A stretch of DNA of 57,146 bases. Source: a virus. Below, piece by piece: positions 53,183 to 57,146 of this stretch (its first letter is position 1; each line of letters begins with the position of its first letter). The DNA lies in the IMG/VR virus record IMGVR_UViG_3300045973_000302, positions 1 through 57,146 of that record, one strand, 5' to 3'. A program made the translations under genes and the position numbers. The notes below the pieces were generated by a model, which worked only from the letters and a program-made list of their open reading frames with translations, did no database searches and was not told the origin of the DNA.

Positions 53183-54373
53183 ATGGCTGGATACTCTATA
53201 CAAAGAATGGCAACCCTGTATAATGTGTATAATACATCTTCTACCTATTTTAAAAATATAACATCTGTTGTTATAGGGGATAAGATCTATTATGGGTTTG
53301 GAACAATAGTTTCAGATGGCGCAAACAATAATACATGGTATGTATATGATACCATCACATATACTCTAACAACATTAGCTTCCCCTTCTGAAACTTTTAC
53401 TGGAAGTGGAAACTTAGCATCTACAATGGCATTCGTTGTAGGGAATACAATATGGGTAGTCACCCATACAACTATAACGGGTAATTCTCCTACAGTATGG
53501 GCATATGATATAGCCGCAAATACTTGGGTAAAGAAATTAACTATTCTATTATATTCAGCTACTTCTTCAGCTACAAGTGGGTGTTTAGGTGCAGATGGAA
53601 CAAGTATATATTTGTCTATACATGGGAATGGTTATTCTACTGGTGGAATTTGTAAATACAATACATTAAATAATACTGCAAGTATTGTTTCTGGATTTAC
53701 TCAAGGAGCTGCTGCGTTAAGATATCCTATAATGTTTTCAACTCCTAATAAGTTATTTGTTGTGTCGGGAAATTATAATAACCCTCCAGTGACAGTAACT
53801 ACAGGGTCTGTTCTAGATTTAGGAACTAATTTGTGGAGTACAATGGCATCCCCACCTAGTACTCAATCCTCACAAAATTTTACTGTATGTGCTGTCAACG
53901 GTGCTGATGTTTATGTTCCTAATGCTAGGTGGGATAATACAGCGTTGAGAGGTAACGTATATAAGTATAATATTAGTACTAATATTTGGTCATTACATTT
54001 AACATTACCACAATATAGAAATCAAGGGGTTGTAATTTATGATATCGCTAAAGATAGATCCTTGTTTATTGGTGGGGATGGATCATCTGTCCCAGCATCA
54101 CCAATAACATGTCAAGAACTCTGGGCATATGCTTACTGGTTAGATGTTCCAACCAATCTAACAGGAACAATTTCTAATGGAACAATCGTCCTCAATTGGA
54201 CAGATACCAGCACTGAAGAAAATGTGATCATGGTTGAACGTAGGGCAGACAATGAAGCTGTATTCTCTAAATTAGTGGAGCTTCCAGCAGATACAGTTAC
54301 ATACACTGACACCGCAGTTGTTCTTCCAACAAGATCATACAACTACAGACTGAAGTATCGTAAAGATCCATAA
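53183..54373 (+). CDS. Kelch-repeat protein with C-terminal fibronectin type III, tandem paralog
   Basis: VLNWTDTSTEENVIMVERR..TYTDTAVVLPTRSYNYRLKYRK. Confidence 0.75.
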   Translation: MAGYSIQRMATLYNVYNTSSTYFKNITSVVIGDKIYYGFGTIVSDGANNNTWYVYDTITYTLTTLASPSETFTGSGNLASTMAFVVGNTIWVVTHTTITGNSPTVWAYDIAANTWVKKLTILLYSATSSATSGCLGADGTSIYLSIHGNGYSTGGICKYNTLNNTASIVSGFTQGAAALRYPIMFSTPNKLFVVSGNYNNPPVTVTTGSVLDLGTNLWSTMASPPSTQSSQNFTVCAVNGADVYVPNARWDNTALRGNVYKYNISTNIWSLHLTLPQYRNQGVVIYDIAKDRSLFIGGDGSSVPASPITCQELWAYAYWLDVPTNLTGTISNGTIVLNWTDTSTEENVIMVERRADNEAVFSKLVELPADTVTYTDTAVVLPTRSYNYRLKYRKDP

Positions 54374-54837
54374 TGCCAACTTATAGCCCAGACAGTAGAG
54401 ATATATATGTAGCCCAACCAGCTACAATAAATCCTAAAAAGTATAGCCCTGATGGGGATGATATCTTCATGGCTCAAGCTATTGTGTACACTCCAAAAGT
54501 CTATAGCCCACAAATAATGTCAATTTTGGTATACTATTACCCTTTGTCTTATTACTCAGAGGCTGCAAATTTTGTTATTGATAGTAGTTCTGGGATCTAT
54601 TACTCAGACTACAAGTTGATGACTTTAGTTAAAAATGACAACAATGTTAACTACTCAGATTACAAAGATATAGTTACTTCTCCCCAGGTCAATTACTCAG
54701 ATTACAATGTCATGACAGCCGAAACTTTGACATTATACTGTTGGGTTCGTCAAGATGATTATGTAAATCCTAATTCAAAAAATGATACAGCACTAGTGAT
54801 TCACCAAATAACCGAAGCTCCACCTGTGGGGATCTAA
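54373..54837 (+). CDS. Tyr/Ser-rich repetitive protein (YSP and YSDY repeats)
   Basis: KKYSPDGDDIF..KVYSPQ; YYSDYKLM, NYSDYKDI, NYSDYNVM. Confidence 0.55.
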   Translation: MPTYSPDSRDIYVAQPATINPKKYSPDGDDIFMAQAIVYTPKVYSPQIMSILVYYYPLSYYSEAANFVIDSSSGIYYSDYKLMTLVKNDNNVNYSDYKDIVTSPQVNYSDYNVMTAETLTLYCWVRQDDYVNPNSKNDTALVIHQITEAPPVGI

Positions 54838-55355
54838 TGAACAAATTTGATTTACTTGAAAAGAAGTTAAACATTGCCAACACTCTCCTAGACGAATTGG
54901 AGATCGATGATTATTGCATCGAACCTACAATTCCCCAGGTCTACGTTCCATCCGACAATCTGCCCTCAACCATTGTCGAAGAATCAACTTCAGAAGTTTT
55001 CTCTATGGAAACACTGAAGAATGATTTCACTATCATTAAACAAACTTTACACAAACTGATTCTCTCAGGGCAACGAGTATTGGATTCAACATCAGTTCTT
55101 GATCCTAGTGATATGAAGGGTTCCCAGATATCCGCAATCGCAATGTTGATTCAAACAATTGGGGCAAATTCCAAATTGATGATCGATATCTACAAAGAGA
55201 TTGCCATGATTGAGAAGACAAGGTTATCCGCTAACCCTAAAGATCAAGGGCAACCTGGGATGGTCAACCAAGGAACTGTCGTTAATAACCAGATCCTTTT
55301 CTCTGGGGATACAAGCCAGTTGTTGGATTTTATAAAAGAAAATCAAAAAGCATAA
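54837..55355 (+). CDS. 16: terminase small subunit (T4 gp16-like)
   Basis: LKNDFTIIKQTLHKLILSGQRVLDS..AMLIQTIGANSKLMIDIYKEI..VNQGTVVNNQILFSGDTSQLLDFI. Confidence 0.7.
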   Translation: MNKFDLLEKKLNIANTLLDELEIDDYCIEPTIPQVYVPSDNLPSTIVEESTSEVFSMETLKNDFTIIKQTLHKLILSGQRVLDSTSVLDPSDMKGSQISAIAMLIQTIGANSKLMIDIYKEIAMIEKTRLSANPKDQGQPGMVNQGTVVNNQILFSGDTSQLLDFIKENQKA

Positions 55356-55391
55356 ATAAAGTAAACTAAATCAAATTGAAGAGGTAATATA

Positions 55392-56789
55392 ATGGATCAA
55401 TTATTCATAGAAGCTCTGGGTGAATTACTATACAGCAACACACTCAACGAGCAATCCACTTCTGGGGATATCGCTAAATGGGAACCTCTTCTATTCCCAC
55501 TTATCAAAAAGATTTACCCAGACTCATTAGTAGAACAGATTGCCTCAGTGCAACCAACCAAATCCCCTCTTGCTAAGATCTCATATCTGAATGCAATCTA
55601 CACTGGGGATAAGTCAAACATTGAGAACAGTATTCACTGGACAAACTCTCGTCTAATGACTTTGCCTATCTCTGCCCAAGCTACTATCACTGTTGGGAAT
55701 GTTTATACCATTAACACAACCCCACCTGTGAATGTCAAAGTTCATTACGCTGAAGCTACCCAAGAGTATGTAACCACAGAGGTCACATCAGGGCTTACAC
55801 CCACTTTGTCAAGACAACTGGTACCTACCTATTGGAATGTTCTTGTAGGGGCTGAAACTGGCAATCTGGACGCTACAAACCCTATATACAGTGTAACCAC
55901 TTCTCATGGAATTAATGGGGTACCTATCCTGTACACCACAACTAATAGAAACACCATCAAGAAAGTTTTCAAAGACTATTCTAAGGTACTTGAAGTTAAC
56001 TCCAACCTACGTGAAGTTAACTTTGAAACTGCTACCAAGGCTATCGCAACTTTCTCAAGAAAGATCAGATCAAAGTTCAGTCAAGAGAGATTGCAAGACC
56101 TTAAAGCTCTCTACAATGAGAAAGCTTATGACCTAGTGGCTGAAGCTGTTGCTAATGAGATCCGTCAAGAAATTGATAGGGAAATAATTGACTACTTGAA
56201 ATTCATTTCTACCCCTATGAAGTCTGATATCAACATTCCACTTTCCCTAGGTGTTGGGGCTGGTGGTGGTCTTGATGCAGTTACATATGACGTTGTTGGT
56301 TCAGTATACCTTGCTGTTGAAGAGATTGTCAAGGCAACTAAAAGAAACCGCACAATGTTCATTCTGGCTGACTCCGCAACTTGTGCTTTCCTTTTGCTCA
56401 ACCCATTTCATAGTGAGGCCAAGGCTGAAGAGAGTAACCCTTACCGTGTAGGTAAAGTTGGTGCTTATGACCTTTTCTGTGATCCTTATTCAACTGAGCA
56501 TTATGTCATCATTGGATACAACTTTACTTCTAAAGACAAGCATGACGCAGGGCTTTACTTTGTTCCTTACTCTACAACTGTGCATGAAGTAACTTCTGGT
56601 GATGGTACCAGTGACATACCATTCAGTGAAAACTTCATGGTCATGAATCGTTATGCTTTCACCAACCACCCACAAGATTCTGGGAAAGGTGATGGGGATT
56701 CTGACTTCTTCCGTATCTTCTCTGTTAACTACACTCACGCTGGGGTTACAATTCCTAACTTCCCAGAGCAGTTTAGAGTGAACTACTAA
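55392..56789 (+). CDS. 23: major capsid protein (T4 gp23-like)
   Basis: LVEQIASVQPTKSPLAKISYLNAIYTGDKS..YDLFCDPYSTEHYVIIGYNFTSKDKHDAGLYFVPYS. Confidence 0.85.
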   Translation: MDQLFIEALGELLYSNTLNEQSTSGDIAKWEPLLFPLIKKIYPDSLVEQIASVQPTKSPLAKISYLNAIYTGDKSNIENSIHWTNSRLMTLPISAQATITVGNVYTINTTPPVNVKVHYAEATQEYVTTEVTSGLTPTLSRQLVPTYWNVLVGAETGNLDATNPIYSVTTSHGINGVPILYTTTNRNTIKKVFKDYSKVLEVNSNLREVNFETATKAIATFSRKIRSKFSQERLQDLKALYNEKAYDLVAEAVANEIRQEIDREIIDYLKFISTPMKSDINIPLSLGVGAGGGLDAVTYDVVGSVYLAVEEIVKATKRNRTMFILADSATCAFLLLNPFHSEAKAEESNPYRVGKVGAYDLFCDPYSTEHYVIIGYNFTSKDKHDAGLYFVPYSTTVHEVTSGDGTSDIPFSENFMVMNRYAFTNHPQDSGKGDGDSDFFRIFSVNYTHAGVTIPNFPEQFRVNY

Positions 56790-57004
56790 TGAGTGACTTT
56801 ATTAAGACCTTAGAATTGTTGGAAGCTAAGACAACTGGTGCAGTTTTCTACAGGGGCTGGAACATCTACTTCGATAGTGGTGCTCCTGTAGCTAGTCGAT
56901 GGAAAGCTGACAGAGCGGATAACTCAGGCATTCGAATGAATACCAACTCTGAAGAGGGCATCAAACGTATGATTGACAATAAAATGTTCAAGGAAAAGGG
57001 ATAA
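56789..57004 (+). CDS. hypothetical protein
   Basis: ATGA-coupled ORF. Confidence 0.5.
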   Translation: MSDFIKTLELLEAKTTGAVFYRGWNIYFDSGAPVASRWKADRADNSGIRMNTNSEEGIKRMIDNKMFKEKG

Positions 57005-57009
57005 TAACC

Positions 57010-57146
57010 ATGAATGGATACATTTGTTTTTACAAAGGCAAGCAAGTAGAGATAGAGGCTGAGACATCATACAAAGCACAACAGGCTGCGACTGATAAGT
57101 TTCAAAAGATGTTCCCACGAAACAAAGTTAAAGGCTTTGACATTAC
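57010..57146 (+). CDS. hypothetical protein, truncated by right edge
   Basis: MNGYICFYKGKQVEIEAETSYKAQQAATDKFQKMFPRNKVKGFDI. Confidence 0.6.
   Translation, partial: MNGYICFYKGKQVEIEAETSYKAQQAATDKFQKMFPRNKVKGFDI

Noticed and set aside
1-57146. CRISPR array
   Set aside because: No regularly spaced direct repeats with unique spacers seen. Repeats found are promoter cassettes and tRNA parts. The Cas4-like nuclease at 45588 has no cas neighbours.
1-57146. Integrase/prophage signature
   Set aside because: tRNA-rich region but no integrase, transposase or att-like duplication recognised.

Overview
The window looks like part of a large T4-like myovirus genome. It carries replication genes (gp45-like clamp, gp44/gp62-like clamp loader), neck and head genes (gp13, gp14, gp15, gp16 and gp23-like), and many nucleotide-metabolism genes (deoxyribosyltransferase-like, 5' nucleotidase, dNMP kinase-like, dCMP deaminase-like, MazG, ThyX). 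It also has an RpoH-like sigma factor and a roughly 11.5-kb cluster of about 25 tRNA genes interspersed with HNH genes. The observations I rate highest are: (1) an intein in the P-loop of a PhoH-like ATPase with the W-C-T signature of class 3 inteins; (2) a radical-SAM-like protein (CxxxCxxC) whose N-terminus resembles a T4-type capsid-targeting peptide, a motif shared by several other proteins here; (3) a small secreted triheme c-type cytochrome encoded antisense inside the tRNA cluster; (4) three homing-endonuclease ORFs whose SD/start regions lie in hairpins overlapping a T4-late-promoter-like sequence, and a second set of sigma70-like promoters whose spacer is complementary to the downstream SD; (5) four tRNAs sharing a non-canonical T-loop AGCRTTA, three of which also lack the D-loop GG; (6) three interrupted tRNA-like genes; (7) several structured intergenic RNAs; (8) a TerD-like fusion protein and an L7/L12-CTD-like protein. 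All assignments come from reading the sequence only. No database or folding search was run.
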